A stretch of 64,000 nucleotides of DNA from a virus (lineage: Duplodnaviria > Heunggongvirae > Uroviricota > Caudoviricetes): positions 102,321 to 166,320 of IMG/VR virus record IMGVR_UViG_3300028797_000098, one strand, 5' to 3'. Of this stretch, positions 18,903 through 28,508 are shown piece after piece. Each line of letters starts with the position of its first letter. Positions within the stretch are counted from its first letter, which is position 1. The notes beneath the pieces were generated by a model. It had not been told where the DNA came from and did no database searches. It saw only the letters and a program-made list of their open reading frames with translations. Made by a program: the position numbers and the translations under genes.

Positions 18903-19661
18903 ATGAAGAAAATAGGCATAACTGAAACATATGACCCGTGCTTCGTCCCTGACTGGGAAACGAAGCTACTGGAAGCCAACATCGTCATCTCCAAGGAACT
19001 CAACGACGAGATGATTGAGAAACTCCTTATTGTCCAGGACCGTGTAATTTTCCACCATACCGTCACCGGGCAGGGCGGTACTGTCCTCGAACCCAATGTC
19101 CAGACCCCGGACCATGAATTTGCACAGTTTAGAAAGCTGCTGTCCAGAGGTTTCCCGTTGACCCACTATGTCCTCCGGCTCGATCCGATTATCCTGTGGT
19201 CCAAGGAAACACAGGACAACATCATCAAGGTACTGGAACTGTGGAAGCCTGTGGTCGAGGAATGCCGTAACCAAATCAGGTGCAGGGTGTCCGTGGTGGA
19301 CCTGTATCCCCACGTAAAAGAACGCCTTGCAGCGGCTGGCTACAAGGTCTTCTATGACTCGTTTACGGCTCCCGATGCCGTATTCAGGCGCATTGACACG
19401 ATTTTCTGCCGGTTCTACCAGTATTTCCGCTTAGAGTGCTGTGCCGAGCCGAAACTGTTCCCCTATAACTTCCTGCACTACGGGTGTGCAAGCTATTATG
19501 ACCTGGAACTGCTCGGATTTGACAGGGAAACGCAGAAGGAATATGGGGCTCCAGACAAAAAGCAGCGTGGGGACTGCATGTGCCTCGCCAAGAAACAGAT
19601 TCTCGGGACGAAGCCACGCAGATGCCCGCACGGCTGCTTGTATTGTTTCTGGAAGGACTAG
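18903..19661 (+). CDS. DUF1848-like / spore-photoproduct-lyase-related protein with C-terminal Cys cluster
   Basis: LRLDPII, C-terminal RGDCMC...CPHGCLYCFW. Confidence 0.6.
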   Translation: MKKIGITETYDPCFVPDWETKLLEANIVISKELNDEMIEKLLIVQDRVIFHHTVTGQGGTVLEPNVQTPDHEFAQFRKLLSRGFPLTHYVLRLDPIILWSKETQDNIIKVLELWKPVVEECRNQIRCRVSVVDLYPHVKERLAAAGYKVFYDSFTAPDAVFRRIDTIFCRFYQYFRLECCAEPKLFPYNFLHYGCASYYDLELLGFDRETQKEYGAPDKKQRGDCMCLAKKQILGTKPRRCPHGCLYCFWKD

Positions 19662-19662
19662 T

Positions 19663-20340
19663 TTAGTCCTTCTTTTTGTATGGTGCGAAACTGAGCTTGC
19701 ATTTGAGTACCCCATCATACTGGTTGTGAATGATAATCTTGTTCTTTCCTTCGTGTATGATGTAGTCCTGCTCACCGTCTACGATCTGGTCATGCCATGG
19801 TGTCAACGGTTCGCCGGGGATTCCCCAGTAGGCGAACACGTCATGGGGTCCTTCTTCTAGTCTATTCAATTCCTGTTGCAGGTCGAGCCCTTCCTCTTCC
19901 AGGTTCTCGAAGTTAACCCGAACCGTTTCGCCATCCTTGAAATCGGTCTCGATGACAACGTCACTTCCCTTGATGACTGAATAGGTAACCGGTTCCGGTA
20001 CCTTGGGTGCCACGTCGTAGATGGGACAGAGTTCGTCGGTCTCGAAGAATACCTGGTTGTTCTTGAAGCAGGGGCCTGGCATGCCCATGTGCATGTGTGC
20101 GCCGAATTCCGTCATGAACCCCCAAATCTGCATCTTCAGTAGCTTCTTGTTCTCTCCCCGGACATTTACCGTGGTCATATGTTTCTTCTTTTTGGCAATG
20201 TGCTCGTCGAGTTCCTTGGGACTATAATACTTCTTGTCATTTTCGCGGATGATTTGCCAGGTGAGCTCGTTGGGCTCGATGTATACGCTGAGATTGGTGT
20301 TGATTGATGCGAGCATAGTATTCTCCTTAGATGTCGCCAT
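19663..20340 (-). CDS. hypothetical protein
   Basis: Long minus-strand ORF in an operon with 20327-20719. Confidence 0.7.
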   Translation of the reverse strand: MATSKENTMLASINTNLSVYIEPNELTWQIIRENDKKYYSPKELDEHIAKKKKHMTTVNVRGENKKLLKMQIWGFMTEFGAHMHMGMPGPCFKNNQVFFETDELCPIYDVAPKVPEPVTYSVIKGSDVVIETDFKDGETVRVNFENLEEEGLDLQQELNRLEEGPHDVFAYWGIPGEPLTPWHDQIVDGEQDYIIHEGKNKIIIHNQYDGVLKCKLSFAPYKKKD

Positions 20341-20719
20341 TTATTTTTAGCCAGTGGATGCCTAATTCGTCTTGGAAAAGCTCGATCTTCGGGCGTTTCT
20401 GCAGATATTTGCTGAACGGACGACGGAAGGCAAGTGTATGCGTGGCATCAAATGCGCTGATATCCTCACCGGGCATCCAGAACTGTACTTCCGAACTGGC
20501 CCAGCATGTTTGGCCTTTGACCCTTTGCATAAAAGTGTGCCAGTCGAGATGAATGCCGAACAGTTCGTACAGCTTCTTCGATAGGTTAATCTTGGTCTGG
20601 GAAATGTATTTGTAATCGGTACAGTGGTCCACGTAGTGGGGGTCACCTTCCGGGATTGTGACGATGATGGGGCAGGTTGCGTACCTGTACTGCTCACCGC
20701 CTTTCAGGTAGTTGTACAT
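20327..20719 (-). CDS. hypothetical protein
   Basis: AGGAG upstream, downstream of the minus-strand promoter. Confidence 0.7.
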   Translation of the reverse strand: MYNYLKGGEQYRYATCPIIVTIPEGDPHYVDHCTDYKYISQTKINLSKKLYELFGIHLDWHTFMQRVKGQTCWASSEVQFWMPGEDISAFDATHTLAFRRPFSKYLQKRPKIELFQDELGIHWLKINGDI

Positions 20720-20742
20720 GGAAATCTCCTATGTTTGGGATA

Positions 20743-20771
20743 AATGTAGCAATTGATGTGGTATTTGACAA
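20743..20771 (-). promoter_or_regulatory. sigma70-like promoter TTGTCA-N17-TACATT
   Basis: Consensus variant, divergent from 20776-20804. Confidence 0.75.
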
Positions 20772-20775
20772 CCGG

Positions 20776-20804
20776 TTGCCGATTGCCTAATCATTTGCTA
20801 CATT
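20776..20804 (+). promoter_or_regulatory. sigma70-like promoter TTGCCG-N17-TACATT
   Basis: Consensus; ATG 6 nt downstream. Confidence 0.85.
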
Positions 20805-20810
20805 TTGATC

Positions 20811-21296
20811 ATGAGCAAAAAAGCTACCAAAACCAATCTTGAACTCGGAACCGAAATTTTCGATAACTATCTCAACGCCAAGAAGACATTGACTTCCCGT
20901 ATCAAGGCCGTCCTTGACATCCTGGCACAATGCAATTCACTTGATGTGGAGCCGAAGGATGCCGCCAAGTGGGTCGCCCGTGAGACCACGAAGGTCTCCA
21001 GCCACCAGTGGCAGTACAATGCCGGTCACGAGACAATCTACTGTCAGCACATGTACGATTTCCGTGGCAGTTTTAACAAGAAGTGCACCGTGAAGTTGCC
21101 CGTCAGGTTCCTTGGCATGACCGATATGGAAATCATCAAAGAGAACCGCGATGCTGTCATAAAGGCCCTGAAAGAACAGCGCAAGGCTCTTGAAGACAGC
21201 ATTGTCGAGGTGAGCAAGCCGATTAACGACAAAATCGGCAAGATTGACGAGCAGATCGAGGCGTTGAAGCAGGAGACTGCCAGTGAAAATGTTTGA
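20811..21296 (+). CDS. hypothetical protein (leaderless candidate)
   Basis: ATG 6 nt after the -10 box. Confidence 0.7.
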   Translation: MSKKATKTNLELGTEIFDNYLNAKKTLTSRIKAVLDILAQCNSLDVEPKDAAKWVARETTKVSSHQWQYNAGHETIYCQHMYDFRGSFNKKCTVKLPVRFLGMTDMEIIKENRDAVIKALKEQRKALEDSIVEVSKPINDKIGKIDEQIEALKQETASENV

Positions 21297-21762
21297 TGCA
21301 GAGCATCCAATGCGAGTTTTCGTATCTGGTAGTTCGGCGCTAACCGAGCTTACCACGGAAATGCAGGCTGCATTGGATGACATGATGGCAAAGAAAGTGC
21401 AATTTCTTATTGGCGATTGCTATGGCGCCGATGAACTGGCGCAGCGGTATCTGAAGGCAAACGGTTACGAAGATGTAATCGTCTATTGTTCACAGGAGAA
21501 ACCGCATGCCAGGCGCATCTGTTATGACCGCGTGAAATCCCTGTGGGACAAGGCGAAGGGTAAGACCGGTGAAGAATTTTACCAGGTAAAGGATGAGGCA
21601 ATGACGGAAGATTGCGACGTTGCCCTGGCGTTCTGGAACGGAACATCCTATGGCGTCAAGTGTAACATTGAAAGATGCAAGAAGCTGGGCAAGCCGTGCA
21701 AGGTGTTCCTGGCACCGCTGTTCCAGAAGAGCAAAGAAACCAACCCGACAAATTTCGTGTAA
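21283..21762 (+). CDS. SLOG-superfamily (DUF2493/YspA-like) protein
   Basis: RVFVSGS...IGDCYGADELAQRY...DCDVALAFWNGTSYG. Confidence 0.65.
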   Translation: MKMFDAEHPMRVFVSGSSALTELTTEMQAALDDMMAKKVQFLIGDCYGADELAQRYLKANGYEDVIVYCSQEKPHARRICYDRVKSLWDKAKGKTGEEFYQVKDEAMTEDCDVALAFWNGTSYGVKCNIERCKKLGKPCKVFLAPLFQKSKETNPTNFV

Positions 21763-21772
21763 GGAAATACTC

Positions 21773-23182
21773 ATGCCAGTGAAGGATTTGAAGAAACGGC
21801 TTGACAAGTGCAATGCGGACCATGAACAGCAGGTGAAAGACTGCACCAATAAGGAACTGGAAACCAAGAAGGCCATGGAGAAGGCAAATGCGGCGTATAG
21901 CAGTGCCTTGGCTGCATTGAAGAATGCAAAGGAAACCAGGATTTCTGACCGTCTCAAGATTGCCAAGGAGTTCATCGACAATGAAATCAAGTTGGACCTG
22001 AAACTCTCCAAGTATGACCGGGAGGATGTTACCAAGCTTATGATTGAGCTCAGACAGATCCGTTCGGAACATGCCACCATCGAGGACAGGATCGAGATTG
22101 CGAAGCGTTTCTGGCGGTTAAGGTCGTACTTTGTAAAGTTTCCGTTACTTATGCGCATCAAGACCGCGTTGGAAAAGAAGAAGCCTGAATGGAAAATCGA
22201 GTTTCGCCCGAATGAGAGCAATGGTAAAAACCATTGGCTGTGTAACCATAACTGGCGTATCGAAAAGAACACAATGGATTATCCAGGCCTGGATGAAGAA
22301 TGGCGAGGCAAGTTCGGGGACTATCAGTTCGGGGCGTTATATTTGGACGATGTGTTCCTTTGTGGGGTGACATGCGAACCGCGTGTCACGCACAACTGGC
22401 GAGGAACCGATTGTAGTCTTGACTACACAATGCACTGGTTCCTGTTTTACCATCCTACACTTCTTAACGATGTCACACCCCAGTATTGGATTCAGGGTGC
22501 CGGTGTTAGGCCGATGTCGTTCTCGAACTTCGATATATGTGCCCGAGACGGCAGGGATGATTATCGGAACGTACACAGCGTGAACGAGATACGAGCTGCC
22601 GCCATGGACATTACGCCGGAATTCCTCATTGGTGAGGCAAACAAGTTGAAGCCGAGAACTTTTCGTGATGCGAACAAGGAATATTACACGCCCGGTGATT
22701 ACAGGAACATGTGCAACATCCTATCATCCATTTGTGAGACCGGTTTGTTCAGTGGACACTACAAGGGCGGGTGCAACTGCTGGCTCTATGACGATAACAC
22801 TGATGGCTATGAACCGGATCCGCGAACAAGGCGGCCAATGGATGAAAACGAGATTGCCGATGCTATTATCCAGCACTTGGAAACTGTAGCCGAAGCGGAA
22901 GCCAGGCGCAAGGCCAAGGAGGAAGAAGAGAAGCGCATCGCAAATCTTCCAAAGAACTGTGAAGAGGCAATCGGTATCAAGTACCCGTGGGCAACCAAGG
23001 TCGAGAAGGTATTGGATGGCCGTGATGGATATTCCTATTTCAATGTCTATTGTGGTGGCAAGCACATCATGTTGTGCCAGCGTGATACAGGATATGTGGA
23101 ATGGAAACGCGATTTCGATAAGGATTATCGGCAATTGAGTGATAGCCAAGTCAAGTATTACCTAACTGGAAAGGAAAAGTAA
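21773..23182 (+). CDS. hypothetical protein with N-terminal coiled coil
   Basis: AAGGA upstream; long ORF. Confidence 0.8.
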   Translation: MPVKDLKKRLDKCNADHEQQVKDCTNKELETKKAMEKANAAYSSALAALKNAKETRISDRLKIAKEFIDNEIKLDLKLSKYDREDVTKLMIELRQIRSEHATIEDRIEIAKRFWRLRSYFVKFPLLMRIKTALEKKKPEWKIEFRPNESNGKNHWLCNHNWRIEKNTMDYPGLDEEWRGKFGDYQFGALYLDDVFLCGVTCEPRVTHNWRGTDCSLDYTMHWFLFYHPTLLNDVTPQYWIQGAGVRPMSFSNFDICARDGRDDYRNVHSVNEIRAAAMDITPEFLIGEANKLKPRTFRDANKEYYTPGDYRNMCNILSSICETGLFSGHYKGGCNCWLYDDNTDGYEPDPRTRRPMDENEIADAIIQHLETVAEAEARRKAKEEEEKRIANLPKNCEEAIGIKYPWATKVEKVLDGRDGYSYFNVYCGGKHIMLCQRDTGYVEWKRDFDKDYRQLSDSQVKYYLTGKEK

Positions 23183-23183
23183 C

Positions 23184-23855
23184 ATGAAAGAAACATACAG
23201 TGCAGATATCGTCCAGATTTACTACAAGGTGAATGTCCGCAAAGTGAATACCCGTACAGGAGAGAACTATGGTGACATTGACCTCGACGAGGAACGGAAA
23301 ATCTTCCCGGAACTGCTCACCTGGTTCGGACCCTCATGGTTCTCACGCAACTTCCCGCACAACGAGGAGGACTTGCCGAAGCGTGTCGAACCCGCCCAAC
23401 ATTTCCTCACATGGGACAAGAAGAAGGGTATCTGCCTTTGTGTCGGGTACTACATTGACCAAAACATCATTTATGATACCGACGATTTCAAGGAAACCTT
23501 GGCCAAGATTATCGATGATGCGGAAGGCCAGTTCTCCGACGGTTGGGGCGAAAGTCTTGAACAGCGAGATTTCAAGGTCGGACGTACTCTATATTCTCCC
23601 CAGGCCCAGTCCGATGTCATTGCCATCGTGACCCAGGTTCCTCTTCATGAAAACTTCATGGCGAAATGGAAATCGGTTGATGAAATCGAGCATACTGACT
23701 GGATGCTTGCCTACGACAACGATGCCTTCAACATCTGCTTCAACAAGGCGGCGCACGAGAAGAAGCTCCAGGAATGCAAGTTTTTCGCCATGGATAAGAA
23801 AGAAGTCTTCGAGTTCATCGAAAAGAACAAGAAGCATTTCTTCATCTCGAGGTAG
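23184..23855 (+). CDS. hypothetical protein (paralog of 23859-24596)
   Basis: Shared I.YDT..F...DD and W..IDEIE..W...YENDA.NI motifs. Confidence 0.75.
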   Translation: MKETYSADIVQIYYKVNVRKVNTRTGENYGDIDLDEERKIFPELLTWFGPSWFSRNFPHNEEDLPKRVEPAQHFLTWDKKKGICLCVGYYIDQNIIYDTDDFKETLAKIIDDAEGQFSDGWGESLEQRDFKVGRTLYSPQAQSDVIAIVTQVPLHENFMAKWKSVDEIEHTDWMLAYDNDAFNICFNKAAHEKKLQECKFFAMDKKEVFEFIEKNKKHFFISR

Positions 23856-23858
23856 TCA

Positions 23859-24596
23859 ATGAGTACACATGAACAGAGCGAAACCGTACAGCTCCTGTAC
23901 AAGCTGAGCATCCGGTCCCTGGAAGACGAGGACGAGGACTATGACGGGGTAATCTACTGTAACCCGGAAACACAGGTCCCCATCTTCGCCGACCTTATGA
24001 CCGCGTTCACTCATTCGTACCAGGCGGTCGATGCTCCGTACTACGACCTTCCCAAGGGTGTCGAGGGCAGCAACTATTTCATGTCCTTCGACAAGGAACT
24101 CGGGGCCGTTCTGTGTGCCAATTACCGCATCCAGCACAAGATACTCTACGATACCGAAAAGTTCATTGCCGCAATCAAGGCGATTGATGACGATATCGGG
24201 AGTAATTTCGACAGCTGGATTGACTGTCATTTCGAGTTCAATTCCTGTGGAAAGCGGCTCAGCGTATCGGCGAGTTGTGGGCCCGACCGGATCGTCGCCC
24301 CGGTGGCATGTACTTGTCAGTTCCTGTTCAGGTGGAACAATATCGACGAAATCGAGAAGGTGAACTGGGCGATTGGCTATGAGAATGACGCGCTCAACAT
24401 CGTGCGGCATCCGAAGCGTCATGAGGAAGAACTCGCAAGGGTCAACCGCCGTATCGAGGACATTACCGAATTATTGAAGCAGGTAGGCGAAGATGTGAAC
24501 GGGAACATTTCCATCCAGCATGACAAAGAGCTGCTGGAAATGTTCAAGTGGGTGGAAGCCCACAAGGACCGGTACTTCTACGGAACCTACTGCTAG
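23859..24596 (+). CDS. hypothetical protein (paralog of 23184-23855)
   Basis: Tandem paralog by manual alignment. Confidence 0.75.
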   Translation: MSTHEQSETVQLLYKLSIRSLEDEDEDYDGVIYCNPETQVPIFADLMTAFTHSYQAVDAPYYDLPKGVEGSNYFMSFDKELGAVLCANYRIQHKILYDTEKFIAAIKAIDDDIGSNFDSWIDCHFEFNSCGKRLSVSASCGPDRIVAPVACTCQFLFRWNNIDEIEKVNWAIGYENDALNIVRHPKRHEEELARVNRRIEDITELLKQVGEDVNGNISIQHDKELLEMFKWVEAHKDRYFYGTYC

Positions 24597-24604
24597 GGGG
24601 AACT

Positions 24605-24805
24605 ATGGCTGAACAATACTCATATTGCGTGGTGGAAGACATCCTTAGCGATGAATGCGATGCTGACGGTCTCCTTATTCCCACAGGGAGAGTTCGCATC
24701 CTGTTTGATGGCGGTTTCGATAAGGATTCGTGCAGCAAGTGGATGGAAGAACACCCTGAACAGTGCAATGCGTCGTCAGTGCGGATAATGCCGTTTCCGA
24801 AGTAA
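24605..24805 (+). CDS. hypothetical protein
   Basis: AGGGGG upstream. Confidence 0.6.
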   Translation: MAEQYSYCVVEDILSDECDADGLLIPTGRVRILFDGGFDKDSCSKWMEEHPEQCNASSVRIMPFPK

Positions 24806-24807
24806 AC

Positions 24808-25215
24808 ATGATAAGACATGTCATATACGGTGTCCTGGTTGGCAGGTTTCTCATGAAGTTTGCAGAACGTTTCACCATGTCATTCAATGGCGTCCATAAT
24901 GAAATTAAGCCGAAAGCGCTCATAATGAACTACGGAAATGAGACGATATGGTGTGCGGTTGTACGCAACCGGTATGTTGCCGAACGGGTTATAGGGTATT
25001 TGTGCCGTAACAATCCCAATATTGCGCCGAATTTCTATGTAGATGATACAATATTTGATAATTCCCGTTCGGAAATATACAAAAGCTATGTAAAGCAGTT
25101 TCAATCGGGCGACATACACAATATAAGGATATTTGCACCCCGTGTACCGAGAATAGCGTATTATCCATTGCAGACCGCAATGTTTTCATTACATTCAATT
25201 AAAGCAACGCATTGA
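24808..25215 (+). CDS. hypothetical protein
   Basis: N-terminus resembles that of 48648-49118. Confidence 0.6.
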   Translation: MIRHVIYGVLVGRFLMKFAERFTMSFNGVHNEIKPKALIMNYGNETIWCAVVRNRYVAERVIGYLCRNNPNIAPNFYVDDTIFDNSRSEIYKSYVKQFQSGDIHNIRIFAPRVPRIAYYPLQTAMFSLHSIKATH

Positions 25216-25732
25216 CCTTCGCGGCAATGTCGAACATGCGTTCTTCAAGATAGGCCCCAGGGCATGCCTTGTTGGCGAACCATTTGTGCAGTGTCATGTT
25301 CTGCAACAGGTTACCGTCGGCATCGGTCTTGCCCACGAGGGTCTTGTCGTGTTTCCAGAGCAGCTTCCTGATACCGTTCCTGCGGCAGATGTCGGCCACC
25401 AGGTATATGAGTGACGCATAGGCCGCATCGGAGACGGCATAGGGCGCCTTGGCGTCACTTGATACCTCGATTGTCACTGCGCGGTGGTCGTTGCCTGCGT
25501 TGCTGCTGCACCAGCTCCTGGATTCCTCGTTTACATAGAGGCCGATGCGCCCATCCTTGTCTACGCCGTAGTTGGATGATGCCTGTCTTTCCTTCTTTGC
25601 GAAGATTTCCCCAAGCTCCTCGGCGGTCACCTGTCTTGCTGTGCAGTGGATGGTGATTGTGTCAATCGCGTGGGTGCGCTTGGTGGTCTTGTTCGGGGAA
25701 AGATTGGTATGTACTACGAGCGGGCTGTTCAT
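25199..25732 (-). CDS. N-acetylmuramoyl-L-alanine amidase (Amidase_2), probable endolysin
   Basis: ITIHCTA, ASSNYGV..DG.I..YV.E..RSW, AVTIEV, HKWFANKACPG Zn-amidase motifs. Confidence 0.9.
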   Translation of the reverse strand: MNSPLVVHTNLSPNKTTKRTHAIDTITIHCTARQVTAEELGEIFAKKERQASSNYGVDKDGRIGLYVNEESRSWCSSNAGNDHRAVTIEVSSDAKAPYAVSDAAYASLIYLVADICRRNGIRKLLWKHDKTLVGKTDADGNLLQNMTLHKWFANKACPGAYLEERMFDIAAKVNALL

Positions 25733-25748
25733 CAGAAACCTCTTTCAA

Positions 25749-25758
25749 GACAGTTTAT
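25749..25758 (-). promoter_or_regulatory. candidate late-type promoter TATAAACTGT
   Basis: Upstream of GAGG-ATG of the amidase. Confidence 0.45.
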
Positions 25759-25787
25759 ATTGCCATTTGCTTGGTGGTTTGCTACAT
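25759..25787 (+). promoter_or_regulatory. sigma70-like promoter TTGCCA-N17-TACATT
   Basis: Exact consensus. Confidence 0.85.
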
Positions 25788-25818
25788 TTCGGATATCGTT
25801 GGACATTACGCTGAACGG

Positions 25819-25852
25819 AAAGCCCACGGCTTTAGCCGTGGGAGTATGTCAA
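25819..25852 (+). mobile_element. isolated IS200/IS605 right-end hairpin
   Basis: AAGCCCACGGC-TTTA-GCCGTGGG-AGTATGTCAA, same architecture as the 53725 right end. Confidence 0.7.
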
Positions 25853-25869
25853 TCTAAAGGAAAATAAAA

Positions 25870-26796
25870 ATGGAAGAGAATAAATCAAAGGTTTATTTCC
25901 GCTGCGCCCAAATGCCTATAATCACCAAAAAAAGAAGTTCTGATAATTCCCGCCGCTATGCAGGTGATGATGATTATAACTCTGTGGAACGGGTTGCGTT
26001 TATCTACGATAGAGCACCAATGGCCGCAAATAATGAATATGATACCTGGTGCATCGCAGAGGCTGTATTGGCACACCCGGAAAAATGCCTTGATGATTCT
26101 AATACTAAGATAATTTCATTCATTTCATCAATTCCGAAGCCGGGTAATGAAAATTTCACGACTAATATGACAGAGCGTGATTTGACAGATCCTGAAGACC
26201 TTGAATTGATTTATGGGATGTCTGGCAACGATCTTGATAAGGAAGAACCTGATCTTTATGCAATCTATCTGACCGGAACCCGTAAGTACATTCGTAGAGT
26301 TCGGGTTACGCGAAAAGGAGTAAAATTGCCGATTCCGCTGTCGGTTGTGAATACTTCTGGGATTACTCCAGATGGTGGGTGTCTTAACCTTAAACTTCCG
26401 ATTAAGGACAAGATGGCGTTTGATGACCATTTGAAGGAACTCGATATTGTTGAAGACTTGTCGAGTGCTGACAAGGCAGTCATCATCATATTCCATGATA
26501 TTAAGCATGCAGTTGCGTACCTCATGGCTCAATCAAATGCCGATGTAAAGGCAGGCGAGAATAGCTGGGTGGCAAAGTGGAGTTATACAGTATCGAAGCA
26601 TGTCGCGGAAAAACGAGAAGCAGACGAAAAGAAACGGAAAGCGAATGAAGAATATAACAACTTCATCAAGTCGCTGCCGCCTGCGCCCGGGTACATCCCG
26701 CGTAAAAAGAAATTCAACTGGAAACGAATGGTTATGATACCTGCTGGACTGGCGATTGGATTTCTGCTTGGCGAACTCTGGATGCTATGTCATTAA
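25870..26796 (+). CDS. hypothetical protein with C-terminal membrane anchor
   Basis: AAGGA upstream; C-terminal hydrophobic helix. Confidence 0.75.
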   Translation: MEENKSKVYFRCAQMPIITKKRSSDNSRRYAGDDDYNSVERVAFIYDRAPMAANNEYDTWCIAEAVLAHPEKCLDDSNTKIISFISSIPKPGNENFTTNMTERDLTDPEDLELIYGMSGNDLDKEEPDLYAIYLTGTRKYIRRVRVTRKGVKLPIPLSVVNTSGITPDGGCLNLKLPIKDKMAFDDHLKELDIVEDLSSADKAVIIIFHDIKHAVAYLMAQSNADVKAGENSWVAKWSYTVSKHVAEKREADEKKRKANEEYNNFIKSLPPAPGYIPRKKKFNWKRMVMIPAGLAIGFLLGELWMLCH

Positions 26797-26812
26797 ATCC
26801 GCCAACCGGTGG

Positions 26813-26841
26813 TTGCCATCAGTTGAGCTGTTTGCTACATT
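26813..26841 (+). promoter_or_regulatory. sigma70-like promoter TTGCCA-N17-TACATT
   Basis: Exact consensus; in-frame GTG 6 nt downstream. Confidence 0.85.
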
Positions 26842-26847
26842 TTGAAC

Positions 26848-27357
26848 GTGACTGAAGAACAATTTATATCTATTCTCCCGCTGTTCCGTGGAACACCTAG
26901 GCAGGCAAAGGATGCTTTGGCTGCATATCCCGAAATCAACCGCATGGCAATCTGGTCAATTCGTAAGATTTTGGGATACACCGCCGGTGAACCTACCAAG
27001 GTCAACGGCACGCCCGAAGTTCTTGCCGAAATGGTGGATAAATATCGCAACGGCGAGGGTACGCTGCGTGGCCTTGCAAATGAGTACCATGTTGCGCCTA
27101 AAACGTTACAGAGGGCCTTGCACAAGGCCGGATTCGATACATCAAGGCAGGATACCTGGAGTACCATAAAGGAAAAAAGACTACTGAAATACATTGCTGA
27201 CGGCATGACCTATACCCAGATAAGCAAGCTGTTCAATATCAGCATATCAGCGGTATCACAGAAGGCCCACCGTCTAGGTGTCCCGAATGTCAAAGCAGGA
27301 CACCCAAGCAAGTACAAGGGAATGCGGCTTAATGGCGCTTCTAAGCCGAGAGGTTAG
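26848..27357 (+). CDS. putative helix-turn-helix DNA-binding protein
   Basis: TLRGLANEYHVAPKTLQRAL and GMTYTQISKLFNISISAVSQKA HTH-like segments. Confidence 0.6.
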   Translation: MTEEQFISILPLFRGTPRQAKDALAAYPEINRMAIWSIRKILGYTAGEPTKVNGTPEVLAEMVDKYRNGEGTLRGLANEYHVAPKTLQRALHKAGFDTSRQDTWSTIKEKRLLKYIADGMTYTQISKLFNISISAVSQKAHRLGVPNVKAGHPSKYKGMRLNGASKPRG

Positions 27358-27361
27358 CCAG

Positions 27362-27390
27362 TTGCCGCTCACTGCACAATTTGCTACATT
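27362..27390 (+). promoter_or_regulatory. sigma70-like promoter TTGCCG-N17-TACATT
   Basis: Consensus. Confidence 0.8.
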
Positions 27391-27404
27391 TGGATAGTAA
27401 TATT

Positions 27405-27620
27405 ATGAATATCGAGAACCTTTTCAAGAATAAAAACCAAATTGACCGGGATGCCAGGGGTACCGCCGAGTTTCTTGCGGATGGCAAGATGTTCGATGAT
27501 ATCTCCGAAGAATTTGAATTCAAGGCGGGCGCACAGGCGGGTTTCCGCGAAGGCATCAAGTACGCAATCGCCATCATCGACAACCACTTGGCAGAAAGCT
27601 GCACCGACAAGGATGTATAA
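27405..27620 (+). CDS. hypothetical protein
   Basis: Follows promoter. Confidence 0.6.
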   Translation: MNIENLFKNKNQIDRDARGTAEFLADGKMFDDISEEFEFKAGAQAGFREGIKYAIAIIDNHLAESCTDKDV

Positions 27621-27621
27621 C

Positions 27622-28506
27622 ATGGAAAAGCAAGACTTAATCAAGATTGAAGATATTGCCATTCGCGTGGCTGGTGACCAACTGGCCACGATGTATAAGC
27701 CGAACTTCCCACAGGGAGTATGCTCAGAAGTTCAAAAACTCAGGGAAGCCGAACGTGCCTATTCTGAAGGATTCAAGGCAGGCGCCGCTTATTATCGTCA
27801 CCTCCTTAACTGTATCAACGAGGAATTCCTGGGCCTTGTTGAGGGCGTCCGCATTGACAGCGGTACTGAGGAAGATACCCATTCCGTAACGGAAATGGCC
27901 ATGAAGAATGGCATTCCGGTCATTACTGCAAAACAGGTGACTACCGGGAGTAAAACGGCGAAGCAGATGGAAGCTGTCAGGAACTATATAGCTACGGTAC
28001 CACTTGACCTGACACCTGAGAAAGCTAAAAAGTTTGCCGAACAGCATACTACGGAAAGCGAACCCGCTGAACCCAAGAAGGATGATTCCCCCGTAGGTGA
28101 AACGATGGAATCTTGCATAAAGGCTACCCCGGAACAATGCCAGGACTGCGATTCTAATGCGGCCTGCCCCCGCTCGTGTGCTGATATCGAAAAGAATAAT
28201 GCACCGGAATTGGGTAACCCGATTGAGAAGGTTGGAAATCTACTGGCAAACTTGGGAATCAAGTGTATTCATGAAGGTGGAATTAGGGGTATTCATAACG
28301 CTAATGAACACATCGACTATATTCGGTTCAGTAGGTCGTTAGTAGCCTATACTGTCTATTTTGAAAAACAAGAAGATGGATTTTATAAGGCGGTATTCTC
28401 CAAAAGCAATGAACATGGCGGAGAGGTATTGTGGCGTGGCATAATCAGAAATAATCTTGACCAAATGAACTTGGAAAGTAAAATCTCTGAACAGGTAGGT
28501 TGGTAA
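27622..28506 (+). CDS. hypothetical protein
   Basis: Start moved to MEKQDL after AAGGA. Confidence 0.7.
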   Translation: MEKQDLIKIEDIAIRVAGDQLATMYKPNFPQGVCSEVQKLREAERAYSEGFKAGAAYYRHLLNCINEEFLGLVEGVRIDSGTEEDTHSVTEMAMKNGIPVITAKQVTTGSKTAKQMEAVRNYIATVPLDLTPEKAKKFAEQHTTESEPAEPKKDDSPVGETMESCIKATPEQCQDCDSNAACPRSCADIEKNNAPELGNPIEKVGNLLANLGIKCIHEGGIRGIHNANEHIDYIRFSRSLVAYTVYFEKQEDGFYKAVFSKSNEHGGEVLWRGIIRNNLDQMNLESKISEQVGW

Positions 28507-28508
28507 TC

